Of a stretch of DNA of 64,000 bases, positions 51,430 to 64,000 are shown piece by piece. Source of the stretch: Mobula birostris (lineage: Eukaryota). Where the stretch lies: the NCBI RefSeq assembly GCF_030028105.1, contig NC_092375.1, positions 26,883,130 through 26,947,129 of the forward strand, read 5' to 3'. Each line of letters begins with the position of its first letter. The stretch's first letter is position 1. The notes under the pieces were generated by a model that worked only from the letters and a program-made list of their open reading frames with translations, was not told the origin of the DNA and ran no database searches. A program made the position numbers and the translations under genes.

Positions 51430-54190
51430 AGAAATAAAGGGCTGTGGCTTTTGTTAAGAATATAAAAGGATCCTTGCATGCTTTTATTCTCATAATCATA
51501 CGTTGGTGACTCCAAAGTTCTCGGACGATTCCGGATTTACTTAATGACGTAGACCAACACAGTCAATTTGAAGCTGCCTTTGTTTTAGAGCAACACGCTA
51601 CCTCATGGTTTGCACAGGTTCATGCAGCAAGAAATCACCATGGACAAAACTGAATTTTCCCACGTCGTAGCATCACTAAGGAGTTCCACTACAGCCAGAG
51701 TGGTGAGTCTACTAAAAGATCTTCCTGTATGTGGTAAATGTGTCACTCTGAAAACTCGCCTAATACAGACTTCTGGACTGTGGGTCTGAGTGTGCCAAAC
51801 AGGTGATCTCCTTGCCTGGCCAGGGTGACACTGAGCCTTCAGAACTAATGGACCACATGCCATCTCTCGTGGGCAGTCACCATCCTCCTTTTATTTTTAA
51901 AGAACTCTTCATGCAACAACTGCCTGATCAAGTTCACACAGCCCTTGCCAATACACCTGTGAAGGGCTATAAGGAGCTTGCTAAAGTGGCCAATAGTCTA
52001 CACTCAGCCAGACAGATACATCGTTCCTCCTTTACCTATCTTAACAAGCCCTGTCAGCAGAACCTCCAACAGACTTGTGCCTGCAGCTCTGAACTAGACA
52101 ATGCTGGGTCCATGTTTTTACCATGCATTCTTTGGCAAAAAGCCAAGAGGTGTGGACCACCATGCAGCCTTGATAGTGGGTTCCAGCTGTCATCTGTTTG
52201 TTATGGACATCCTTTCAGGGCACCGCTTCCCCTGTGACATGGGTGCTCTTATGAGTGTGCTGCCAGCATTGCCCATTGATTATAAGGCAGAGAGCGATGG
52301 ACCCTCACAGGAAACGGCCAACGGCAGCAGGATCCTGACTTGCAGGACGTGACTTGTGATGCTCTGCTTCAGTGGACAGTGTTGCATGTGGGACTTTTGG
52401 CTTGGCTGAAGTTGCTAGACCACTGCTCAGTGCAGATTTCCTTTGCACCAAGGTACCATTAGTAGATCTTGGGAACTGCCGCCTGTGGATGCAAAGGACT
52501 TTGAGTTGTTACTCTGCTCCCCCAGTAAGTTCCCCACGATGACTCTGTCACCTGCGTCACCACATGGGAATTCACCGGCCTGCTGAGCGAATTCCCTGCC
52601 CTCACCATGTCCATGTTCTCCACTGCAGCCACAAAACATGGGGTCGAGCGCCACATTCCCATAACTGGCGCGCCAGTCCATGCCTGTGCACGTAGACTGG
52701 ACTCAGAAATGCTGCCCAGTGTGAAGGCAGACTTTAAACATGGAAATTCTTAGCATTGTATACAGGTTGACTAGCTGTTCACCCCTACACATAGTGCTTA
52801 ACTCCAATAGTGATTGCGAACCAAGTAGCGGTTACCAGCGGCTTAATGTGGCCACCACTCCTGGTCCCACATATTTCCTGGCATGTTTAGCTGGAAAAAT
52901 ATTTTTTGCTAAAGTGGACTTAGTGACGGGCTACTTGTGTGCATTGAGGACATTCCCAAAACTGCTGTTATAACCCTGTTTGGCCTTCTTGAATTTCTGT
53001 GAATGCCATTTGAGCTAAAAAATGAAGTTCAGACTTTCCAGCGACTAATGGACTCTGTTAAAAGACTTAGATTTTCTTTTTGTTTACCCGAACGACAGAC
53101 TTGTCACCAGCGCATTCAAAACCGAACGTTTATCACATTTCCACACACTCTTCAAGTGCTTAAGCCAACGTGGGCAGTCTGGGTTGTCTACCATTCACCT
53201 TCTATGCCATCCCTGCCATCAAAGTCACCACTGTTAGGGACTTTCCATTGCCTCGCACTACCAAAGCACTGCAAGAGTGTTTAGATATGGTGAATTTCTA
53301 CCACTGTTTCATTCCATGTGCTGCTGAACTTACAATCCCCTGGTATGGTGCCCTTAAAGGCAGTTCCCCTTATTGTACATTTGAGTGGTCTGTGGACATG
53401 ATCGGTGCATTTGACAATACCAAACGAGCTCTTTCGAATGCGACCGTACTGATGACTCGGACCACGCTGTGGGTGCTGAGCACAAACGGAGGCATGTGGC
53501 AGCCACTCACCTTCAGCTGACATCTTGACACTCTTCTCCCCACCACCACCAAAAGGAAGTACAGCATGTTTGACCACAGTCTTCTCTGTCTCTACTATCT
53601 GGCTGTTTGCCATTTTTGTTTTCTACTGGAGGGTTGGCATTTCACAGCATTCAATCACCACAAGGTCCTCGTGCATGCAATGGTCAAAGCGTCAAACGCT
53701 GCCATCTGGCCTACATTTCGGAATTCATGACTGATATTCAGCACATCAAAGGGAAAAGTAATGCTATAGCTGATTACCTCTGGCCCGCTGTCGATGCCGT
53801 ACACATCGGGGTTGACTATGCCAGCCTGGCGGCTGACCAAGCTACCAACCCAGCAGTCATGGGCCTGTAGTTGGCTGACACCAAGACTGAGGATGCAGGA
53901 GTTTATCTCCTCTGTGATGTTGCCCTTGCCCCATAGTGCCTGCAAACTAGAGGTGTACTGTTTGTAACTTCATTCATTGCCTCTCTCATCTGGGTGGGAA
54001 GGCTTCATAGAATCTGGTTGCTTTAAAGTTTGTGTGGCACTCTCTTAGGAAGGACATGCAAGACTGGAGTGCAGCTTGAGTTGGATGTCAGCGGTCGAAA
54101 ATTAACCATCACTTTTCGGGCATTATCGGCACTTTTTGAGGTCCCTAAGCAATGGTGTGCCCACAACAATGGGACCTGATTGGTCCACAT
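51430..54190 (+). mobile_element. Degenerate Gypsy LTR retrotransposon internal region (gag-PR-RT-RH-IN)
   Basis: PBS-like tggtgac at ~51504. Motifs ELFMQQLP, CFYHAFFG, FPCDMGA (protease), SPLHIV, YQRLN, MPFELKNEVQTFQRLMD and HIKGKSNAIADYL, with many disruptions. Confidence 0.85.
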
Positions 54191-54759
54191 TTGGAGTAGA
54201 CCTGATGGGCCAAATGGCCTAATTCTGCTCCTATGTCTTATGGTCTTGTTTTCCTTTCTTAGATAAAGTGCCCAAAACTGCTAACAATATCCCAAGTGAG
54301 GCATCACCAGTTCTTAATAAAGCCTCAACATTACATCTTTGAAGCATGCATTTAGTTGTAGAAAATACTGAAAATGCTTTTGGAAAGGGGAGCAGTTAAT
54401 ATTTCAAGTCAAACATTAATTCTGTTTCACTTTACACAGATAAAGCTTCATCTTGTTAACGTTTTCTGCATTTTCTGTTATTATTTCATGTTTTCCAGCT
54501 TCTGCAGTTTTTTGATTTGACTGTAAGCATCACTTATTAATGTCAAAAGCAGTCCCTAAAAAAAAAAAAGGGACCTTTTGTTTTAGCATTCATAAATTGT
54601 GCACTTCCAAAAGAGGGAATGTTGTATGCATTATTTGCTGGAATGGGGCAATTCCTAGAGAATGGAGAAAGAGATTTTTGGAAAATAAATAATAATTGTG
54701 CATTTTTCTTCTACTTAGATTCTGAAGTGATTTTGACGGCTGAAGACACCATTGGTTGA

Positions 54760-54954
<195 letters not shown>

Positions 54955-55374
54955 TAGATGCCCGGAATTTAAAATACAGAAAGAACAAAATGAAAATTTT
55001 CTTGATGTTATTCATGAAAGTGAAATCAAGATGTCAGCAATTTCAGCATATGAGTACAGTGCTTTTCACTTGTCCTGTTACAGTATGTATTTGTCAAATG
55101 CAGTTCACTGTCGCCTGTTATTTTTAAACCAGTGAGATAAATTTATCATGAAGCACATTTTGTAATGACAGTTTCATGAGCTATAAACAAGACCACATAA
55201 ACTATTTGATTTTACGTAGCCCTTTAAACTGGTGAGATGTGAACAGGAGTGTTAAAACTTAACATCAGGCTGGATGGGAATATTAGAATAGAGATCAGTT
55301 TTGAGGTTTTTAAAAAAAGGATGAGAAAACTAGAGAAGCAAGGTAGTTTATTGAAACAGTCCTGTATCTGAGCA

Positions 55375-55836
55375 GTCATACAGTCCATAGGATCTTCATA
55401 GCAGTCAGCGAGTCCATTCTCACATACGGATGCGAGATGTGGACACTCACCAAGACTATGCGAAAGACTCTAGATGGTTGCTATACACGAATGCTCCGGA
55501 TGGCTCTTGACGTGAGTTGGCAACAGCACATTACGAGCGTGGAGCTCTATAATAACCTACCGATGCTCACCACTAAAATCGAGGTGAGAAGACTGCAACT
55601 AGCAGGGCACTGTCTACACCACCCTGAGCTACCTGCCAGCCTAGTCATCATATGGGAGCCCATGGGAGGATGAACCCTGGGCGCCCTCCCAAGACTATGG
55701 TCAACACACTCCTAGAAGACAGCGGCGCAGCTAATGTAGATGAACTGAACACACTGATCAGGGAGAGGGAGAAGTGGAGAGTCCATCATTGTGCCCGACG
55801 CCGGCCCCCTAGGCCTGAGTCGACGTAGTGGTAGTA
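55375..55836 (+). mobile_element. RTE/RTEX-like LINE 3' fragment
   Basis: SILTYGCEMWTLTK...LDGCYTRMLRMAL...RRLQLAGHC, with a (GTA)n-like tail. Confidence 0.8.
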
Positions 55837-56869
55837 TATCTGAGCCCTAGCATGCAAAAAGATTTTATTTTGTACACGGGCATTGCTGGAAGGCCAAATT
55901 TGTTACCTATCCTTAATAGCAATTGAGAAGGTGGTGATGAGCCAGCTCTGTGAAATGCAGTGGTATTCCCAGGGACATATGGTGTTATACAGCTTGCTAA
56001 TTATTCAGTTGAATTTCTGCTAAATGGCAAGTCCCAGTATGGTGAAGATGACAGACACAACAATGATAATGCCTTTTGATTGCAAGAGTAGGTGGATACA
56101 TTTTCACATCAGATATTTGATCATTGTCTAAATCTTTTCAGTTACTTGGCTCTCTTTTCACCTCTTGCCTTTATGGTGTCTGGGTCTTGCTTTATGCAGA
56201 CATTTATTGCAAAATTGCAAATGTCACAAGTTCTGTCCAGTCATCCCCACTTCTGACCTAGTAAGAGAAGGAAGGTTATGATGAAGCAGCTGAAGATTGT
56301 TGAGCCAAGGGCATTGCCCTGAGCAACTTCTATAGTGATACCCTGATGCTTGTATAACTGGCATCCAAAAATTCCAGTCATTTTCTTTTCAATTTGGGAC
56401 CTACCACTGCTGTTTATATTCCTCTTAATACCCATTGACTTTTAAGGCATAAAGCTGTTTTGGTATTGGCAAGAAGAAACTTTATCACCTTGCATCTGGA
56501 GTTCATCATGATGTTCCTAGTGAAATGCTAAATAAGCATAGTGAGTAAGTGCCACTTAATACCACTAACAACCTCTTCTAAAAGTGGGAAGAAATAAATG
56601 GTGAAATAGATTAAAACCTGAGAATGGAGATTGTGGATGGGTGGATACTTAGGACAAAGCAAGGTTGGAAACCACTCAGCAAAGAAAATTTGGTGCTGTG
56701 GATGGAAGAAGTCTCTGCATATATTGGAAGATGTTGATGCTGATTTTAAAACTAGTGTTAGGACACACAATGTCAGTGTAGTTGGGAGAGTATAGGATTA
56801 CAGGTATAAAGGTGAACTGAGTTTTTGTAAAGTATTAGTTTTTGGGAAGTGGAAGGGTGACCTCAATAG

Positions 56870-59800
56870 CACCAGAACTGGAGGGGGGCTAATATCTTAG
56901 TGGGGACGTTTGCTCGTGCTGCACAGGGGTTGGGGGGCTAATATCTTAGTGGGAAGGTTTGCCCGTGCTGCACAGGGGTTGGTGGTTTAAACTGATTGCG
57001 GGGAGATGGGAGCCAGAACAAGCGAAACAGATAGTGGAGTGATTGTGGAGAAAGATGTCATTAAGCCTACCCACTAGTTCAGGAATTAAAGACCGAGCAT
57101 CGTGTGACTAATGTTTTGAGCTGCACATATTGCAGTGCAAGTATTGAAGGAAAGGCAGATGAGCTTAGGGCATGGATCAGCACATGAAATTATAATGTTA
57201 TAGCCATTAGTGAATCATGGTTGCAGGAGGGGCAGGACTGGCAGCTTAATGTTTTGGGGTTCCATTGTTTTGGAAGTGGTAGAACGGGAGGGATGAAAGG
57301 CATTACTAGTCAGGAAAAATGTCATGGTGGTGATCAGTTAGGACAGACTGGAGAACTGATCTGATGAGGCTTTATGGGTAGAACTGAGGAAAGAGAAAGG
57401 TATGACCACATTAATGGGTTTATGTTATAGACCACCCAACAGTCTGTGCGATTTAAGAGAAGCAAATTTGCAGAAAAATCACAGACTGATGCAAGAAACA
57501 AAAGGTTGCAATAGTAGGTGATTTTAACTTTCCACATATTGACTGGGATTCCCATGCTGTAAAAGGGCTGAATGGAAAAGAATTTGTCAAATGTGTTCAG
57601 GAAAGTTTCCTTCATCGGTACATAGAAGTCCTAGCTACAGAGAGTGTGATACTAGATAAGGGAATAAGACAGGGCAGGTGACAAGTTTGTGTAGGGAAGC
57701 ACTTTGCATCTAGTGATCACAATGCCATTAGTTTCAAGGTAGTTATGGAAAAGGATAGGTCTGGTCCTCTGGTTGAGATTCTAACTTGGAGAAAGGACAA
57801 TTTTCATGGTATCAGAAAGGTTCTGGCAGGTGTGGATTGGGATAGCTTGTTTTCTGGCAAATGTGTACTTCGTAAATGAGAAGTCTTCAAAAGTGAATTT
57901 GTGAGTCGTTTTTATGTTCCTGTCAGAATAAAAGGCAAGGGTAACAGATTTGGGGAACCTTTATTTTCAAGAGATATTCAGGCCTTGGTTAAGAAAAAGG
58001 AGGTGCTTGGCAGGTATAGGCAGGCAGGAACAAATGAGGTACTTGAGTATAAGAAATGCAAGATAACATTTAAGAAGGAAATCAGGAGGGCTAAAAGAAG
58101 GCATGAGATAGGTCTAGCAGACAGTGTGAAGGAGAATTCTAAGGACTTCTACAGGTAGATTAAGAGCATAGGACCCAATTGGTCCACAGGAGGAGCAGAG
58201 TGGTAATCTATGTGTGGAATTGAAAGAGATGGAGGAGATTTTAAATGGAGTTTTTGTATCTGTATTTACTGGGGGAAGATGGACACAGAATCTATGGATG
58301 TGAGGCAATGCAGCAGCAAGGTAATGGACCCTAAACAGATTACAGAGGAAGAGATGTTTGCTGTCTTGAGGCAAATTATGGTGAATAAAACCCCAGCTCC
58401 TGGCAGGGTATTCCCTTGGGCCCTATGGGAGGCAAGTGCAGAAATTACAGGGGCCCTAGCAGAGATATTTAAAACATCCTTAACCACAAGTCAGGTGCAG
58501 GAGGATTATAGGATGTTGTTCCATTGCTTAAGAAAGACTCTTAAGAATAAGCCAGAAATTTGTAGGCTGGTGAGCCTGACATCAGTAGTGGAAAGTCAGT
58601 GGAAGATATTCTCAGGGACCGGATATGTAAGTATTTGGATAAACAGGGATTGATTGGGAATCATTATCATGGCTTCATCCCAAGATACCAGGAAAGTTGA
58701 TGAAGGCAAGGCAGTGGATGTTGTCTACATGGACCTTAGCAAGGCATTTGACCAGGTCCCACATGGGGGCTTGGTTAAGGAGGTTCAGCCACATGGCATT
58801 CAAGATGAGGTAGCAAATTGAATTAAACGTTGCTTTGCAGGAGAGGCCAGAGAGTGGCAGTAGATGTTTGCCTCTGACTGGAGGCCTGTGACCAGTGGTG
58901 TGCCGCAGGGATCGGTGCTGGGCCCATTGTTGTTTGTCATCTATGTCAATGATTTGGATGATAATGTGGTAAACTAGATCAGTAAATTTGTGGATGACAC
59001 CAGGAATGGAGGCTTTGCGAGAATGACTAGCAAAGCTTACAACGGGACCTGGACCACCTAGATAAGTGGGCTGAAAATGGCAGATGGAATTTAATGCAGA
59101 CCAGTGTGAGGTGTTGCACTTTGGGAGGACCAATTGGGATAGTTGTTGCACAGTGAGCTGTAGGGTATTGAAGAGTGCAGTAGAAAAGAGGAATCTGTGA
59201 ATACAGATCCATAATTCCTTGGAAGTGGCATCACAAGTTAATAGGGCACATTGCCTTCATAAATCTGTGTATTGAGTACAGGTACTGAGTCGCTCTGGTG
59301 GTCCTCTTTCTTCCCCCCCCCCCCCCACTTTCTTCAGTGGCCTTCTGTCTCTTTCACCAATCAACTTCCCAGCTCTTACTTCATCCTTGCCCCCCGCCAG
59401 CTTTCATTTATCACCTTGTGTTTCCCTCTCCCCTCCCTCACCTTTTAAATCTACTCCTCTGCTTTATTCTCCAGCCCTGCCGAAGAGTTTCAGTCCGAAA
59501 TGTCGGCTGTATTTTTTTCCCCTAGATGCTGCCTAGCCTGCTGGGTTCCTCCAACATTTTTGTGTGTGTTAGTGATACAGGAGTTGGGATGTTATGTTAA
59601 AATTGTATAAGGTGTTGGTCAGGCCTAATTTGGATAATTGTGTGCACTTTTGGTTACCTGCCTATAGGAAAGATATAAATAAGATTGAAAGAGTGCAGAG
59701 AAAATTTAGTAAGATATTGCCAGGACTTGAGGACCTGAGTTTTTGGGAAAAGTAGGGGAAGGTTGAATAGGTTAGGATTTTATTCCCTAGAATATAGAAG

Positions 59801-60155
59801 ATTGAGGCAAGATTTGATAGAAGCATACAAAATTATGAGGGGTATAGATAGGGTAAATGCAAGTAGGCTTTTTCCACTGAAGTTGGGTAAGACTACAACG
59901 AGAGGTTATGGGTTAAGGATGCAAGGTGAAATGTTTAAGGGAAGCATGAGGGGAGGCTTCACTTGGTGGCGAGAGTGTGAAATGAGTTGCCAGCGTAAGT
60001 GGTGAATGCAAATCTTTCAAACTTAAGAGAAATTTGGATAGGTACATGTATAGGAGGGGTTTGCAGGTCTATGGGACCAGGCTGGTTGATGGTTTGGCAC
60101 AGACTAGATGGGCTGAAGGGCTTGTTTCTTTGCTGTAGTGTTCTATGACTATGTC
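56870..60155 (+). mobile_element. Long degenerate CR1 LINE (end of ORF1, APE endonuclease and RT) containing a PLE 3' fragment at ~59290-59570
   Basis: IAISESW, YRPP, GDFNFPHIDW, SDH and VPQGSVLGP motifs. A 49-bp tandem duplication lies at ~56884-56982. Confidence 0.85.
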
Positions 60156-61721
60156 TCTAAATGTTACAGGATAGTTTAATTTTAAAGATACTAGGGTGAA
60201 ATGAAGCTGAAAGATGGTGAATTGATGGAAGCATACATCAAAATCGGATTTAATATCACTGGCATACATCATGAAATTTGTTGTTTTGCGGGAGCGGTGC
60301 ACTGCAATACATAATAAACTATAAATTATAATAAATATGTAGGCAGAAGAGATGAAACTGTTCCTGAAACGTTGAGTGTGTGTCTTCAGGCTCCTTCCCC
60401 TCATTGGTATCAATGAGAAGAAGACATGTCCTGGGTGATGGAGGTCCTTAATGATGGATGCTAGCTTTTTTACGCATCGCCTTTTGAAAGTGTTCTGGAT
60501 GCTGGGTGTCCATGATGGAGCTGACTGAGCTTACAACTTCCTGCTGCTTTTTCCGATCCTGTAGACTTGTGGAAATAGAATCTCAACTCGGTCAAACACC
60601 AAGATTTTAAATTGTCAAAACAGATAGACCTACATGCAAAATATTCATGCCAACAGTTATAAGTGCTAAAGTTGTTTCATGGCTTTAAGATGCTTTGCCA
60701 AACCATGGTTTATATGGGGTTTGTAATGTGACCTGGTTTTTTATTAAAGCACATTTGATAACTTTGACTACTGTGCTGTGTTGTGGCCATTGTAGTCTAT
60801 GAAAGCCAAGGAAATGCATGTTATATTTAATGGTTGCCAATAAAATTCAAACACAACGCAATATTTTGTATAATTGGCTTTTTAAAAATCATTCCTGACC
60901 TATTTATCACAATATGTATCCTGGTCACATGGATAAGTTGGGCTGAAAGGCCTGTTTCTGTGCTGTGTTACTTTATCCTCTGCTTTTCAAGGTCATTAGC
61001 AGACACTGCTCATCCCTGCCAAATTGGATGGTATCACCGTGTTTACACTGATACTGGTCTGGTATTTTGACTTGTTTTTTGATGGGGTGCTCATATTAGA
61101 GACAGCATTCACTCGTATCTATCTGTACAGGGGTTTGTCTTTTAATGTTAAAATGTTGGATTTGGAAAGCATGTGGAATTGAATTGCTATCTCAAGGGTT
61201 TCTTCAGGTCCACTGTAAAATGAAGAATCTAATAGCTGTGTGTACACATATAAAATGGAGAAAGAGATTGAACATTTTGAGCCACCTTTAAAGTATTACA
61301 AAAGATTAAGGAATAAATTTGAAGTGTAATTTCCTGGGCATCAAACGTGACCCGGTTAATTGTTCGGTCATTATTGAAATTCTTACTTCCCTTGCAGATC
61401 AAATATAGATCTATCAAAATAGCTAATGATGTCTTGGGAGATTTTTTCCATTTATAATTAGGACTGATTGTTGCTATTTTTACTCCAAAAAACTTAGACA
61501 ACAGAATCAACAAATGGCTTGTATGGCTTTACATTAATACTTATGGTTGGCATTATACCAAATCTGTATTCAGTGACAAAGACAGTTTTATTTCATTTAC
61601 TGTAAGGTAAAGAGTTTAAAAGTAACAATGGAGAAAGAAATTAAAGTAAAATAGTATTTTATTAAAAAAAATGTAGAAAATAATTGGATATAATTAAGAA
61701 AATATGTGAAGTCCAAAAAAG

Positions 61722-62400
61722 AATTGAATTGACTTTATTACTTACATCCTTTGTATACATGAGGAGTAAAAATCTTTACGTTACGTCTCCGTCTAAATGT
61801 GCAATGTGCAATTTATAATAAATAGTGTATGCTATAAGACAGTCAATATAACATTGAAATGCAGTTGTGTCAGCATGAATTAATTAGTCTGATGGCCTGG
61901 TGGAAAAAGCCTGTTGATTCTGGCTTTTATGCTGCGGTACCGTTTCCCGGATGGTGGCAGCTGGAACAGTTTGTGGTTGGAGTGACTTGGGTCCCCAATG
62001 ATCCTTCGGGCCCTTTTTACACACCTGTCTTTGCAAATGTCCTGAATAGTGGGAAGTTCATATCCACAGATGCGCTGGGCTGTCTACACCACTCTCTGCA
62101 GAGTCCTGCGATTAAGGAAGGTACAGTTCCCATACCAGGCAGTGATGCAGTCAGTCAGGATGCTCTCAATTATGCCCCTATAGAAAGTTCTTAGAATTTG
62201 GGGGCCCATACCAAACTTCAGCCTCTGAGGTGAAAGAGGCGCTGTTGTGCCTTCACCACACAGCCAGTATTTTCAGATCACGAGTGAGTTCCTCGGTGAT
62301 GTTTATGCCAAGGAACTTAAAGTTGTTCATCCTCTCAACCCCAGATCCATTGATATCAATAGCCTGTCTCCATTCCTGCTGTAGTCCACAATCAGCTCCT
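61722..62400 (-). mobile_element. Rex1/Babar-like LINE 3' fragment
   Basis: The minus strand resembles the Rex1 C-terminal region and ends in a (caatt)n-type tail. Confidence 0.65.
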
Positions 62401-62401
62401 T

Positions 62402-64000
62402 TAACATAGAACATAGAATAGTACAGCACAGTACAGGCCCTTCGGCCTACAGTGTTGTGCCGACCCTCAAACCCTGCCTCCCATATAAGCCCCCACCTTA
62501 GATTCCTCCGTATACCTGTCTAGTAGTCTCTTAAACTTCACCAGTGTATCTGCCTCCACCACTGACTCAGGCAGTGCATTCCACGCACCAACCACTCTCT
62601 GAGTAAAAAACCTTCCTCTAATATCCCCCTTGAACTTCCCACCCCTTACCTTAAAGCCACGTCCTCTTGTATTGAGCAGTGGTGCCCTGGGGAAGAGGCG
62701 CTGGCTATCCACTCTATCTATTCCTCTTATTATCTTGTACACCTCTATCATGTCTCCTCTCATCCTCCTTCTCTCCAAAGAGTAAAGCCCTAGCTCCCTT
62801 AATCTCTGATCATAATGCATACTTTCTAAACCAGGCAGCATCCTGGTAAATCTCCTCTGTACCCTTTCCAATGCTTCCACATCCTTCCTATAGTGAGGTG
62901 ACCAGAACTGGACACAGTACTCCAAGTGTGGCCTAACCAGAGTTTTATAGAGCTGCATCATTACATCGCAACTCTTAAACTCTATCCCTCAACTTATGAA
63001 AGCTAACACCCCATAAGCTTTCTTAACTAGCCTATCCACCTGTGAGGCAACTTTCAGGGATCTGTGGACATGTACCCCGAGATCCCTCTGCTCCTCTACT
63101 CTACCAAGTATCCTGCCATTTACTTTGTACTCTGCCTTGGAGTTTGTCCTTCCAAAGTGTATCACCTCACACTTCTCCGGGTTGAACTCCATCTGCCACT
63201 TCTCAGCCCACTTCTGCATCCTATCAATGTCTCTCTGAAATCTTTGAAACACCACCAACCTTTGCATCGTCTGCAAACTTGCCAACCCACCCTTCTACCC
63301 CCACATCCAGGTCGTTAATAAAAATCACGAAACGTAGAGGTCCCAGAACAGATCCTTGTGGGACACCACTAGTCACAATCCTCCAATCCGAATGTACTCC
63401 CTCCACCACCACCCTCTGCCTTCTGTAGGCAAGCCAATTCTGAATCCACCTGGCCAAACTTCCCTGGATCCCATGCCTTCTAACTTTCTGAATAAGTCTA
63501 CCGTGTGGAACCTTGTCAAATGCCTTACTAAAATCCACATAGATCACATCCACTGCACTACCCTCATCTATATGCCTGGTCACCTCCTCAAAGAACTCTA
63601 TCAGGCTTGTTAGACACGATCGGCCCTTCACAAAGCCATGCTGACTGTCCCTGATCAGACCATGATTCTCTAAATGCCTATAGATCCTATCTCTAAGAAT
63701 CTTTTGCAACAGCTTTCCCACCACAGACGTAATATAATTACCCGGACTATCCCTACTACCTTTTTTGAACAAGGGAACAACATTCGCCTCCCACCAATCC
63801 TCCGGTACCATTCCCATGGACAACGAGGACATAAAGATCCTAGCCAGAGGCTCAGCAATCTCTTCTCTCGCCTCGTGGAGCAGCCTGGGGAATATTCCGT
63901 CAGGCCCCGGGGACTTATCTGTCCTAATGTATTTTAACAACTCCAACACCTCCTCTCCCTTAATATCAGCATGCTCCAGAACATCAACCTCACTCATATT
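62402..64000 (-). mobile_element. Young CR1 LINE (RT domain to 3' tail), running off the right edge
   Basis: Long ORF pieces with [45 protein letters not shown] and LVRPHLEYCVQFWSP. (ctatgtt)n tail. One frameshift and one stop. Confidence 0.95.

Overview
This is repeat-rich vertebrate genomic DNA, not prokaryotic. The repeat content points to a cartilaginous fish, probably a ray (inference). Three host genes are present. GART lies on the minus strand: a probable non-coding exon 1 near 20.3 kb and six coding exons of the GARS domain running off the left edge. DNAJC28 has a single-exon CDS at 25291-26376 (+). TMEM50B (+) has a probable promoter and exon 1 near 30.3 kb and its first coding exon at 54793-54891. 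The rest is mostly decayed transposons: CR1, Rex1/Babar, RTE and Hero-like LINEs, a Gypsy element and a solo LTR, hAT, Tigger and Harbinger-like DNA elements, and a V-SINE. The most striking signal is a Neptune-type Penelope-like element family whose 3' end carries a 36-nt minimal type I hammerhead ribozyme (AGTC-CTGANGA-stem II-GAAAC-GTC-GACT). It occurs over a dozen times, mostly as fold-back insertions with 13-16 bp target-site duplications and two recurring arm end-points. Also notable are a duplicated splice acceptor plus ATG that creates a potential uORF ahead of GART, a GART orientation that differs from human, and a mosaic nested MITE. All coordinates were read by eye; repeat boundaries are approximate.
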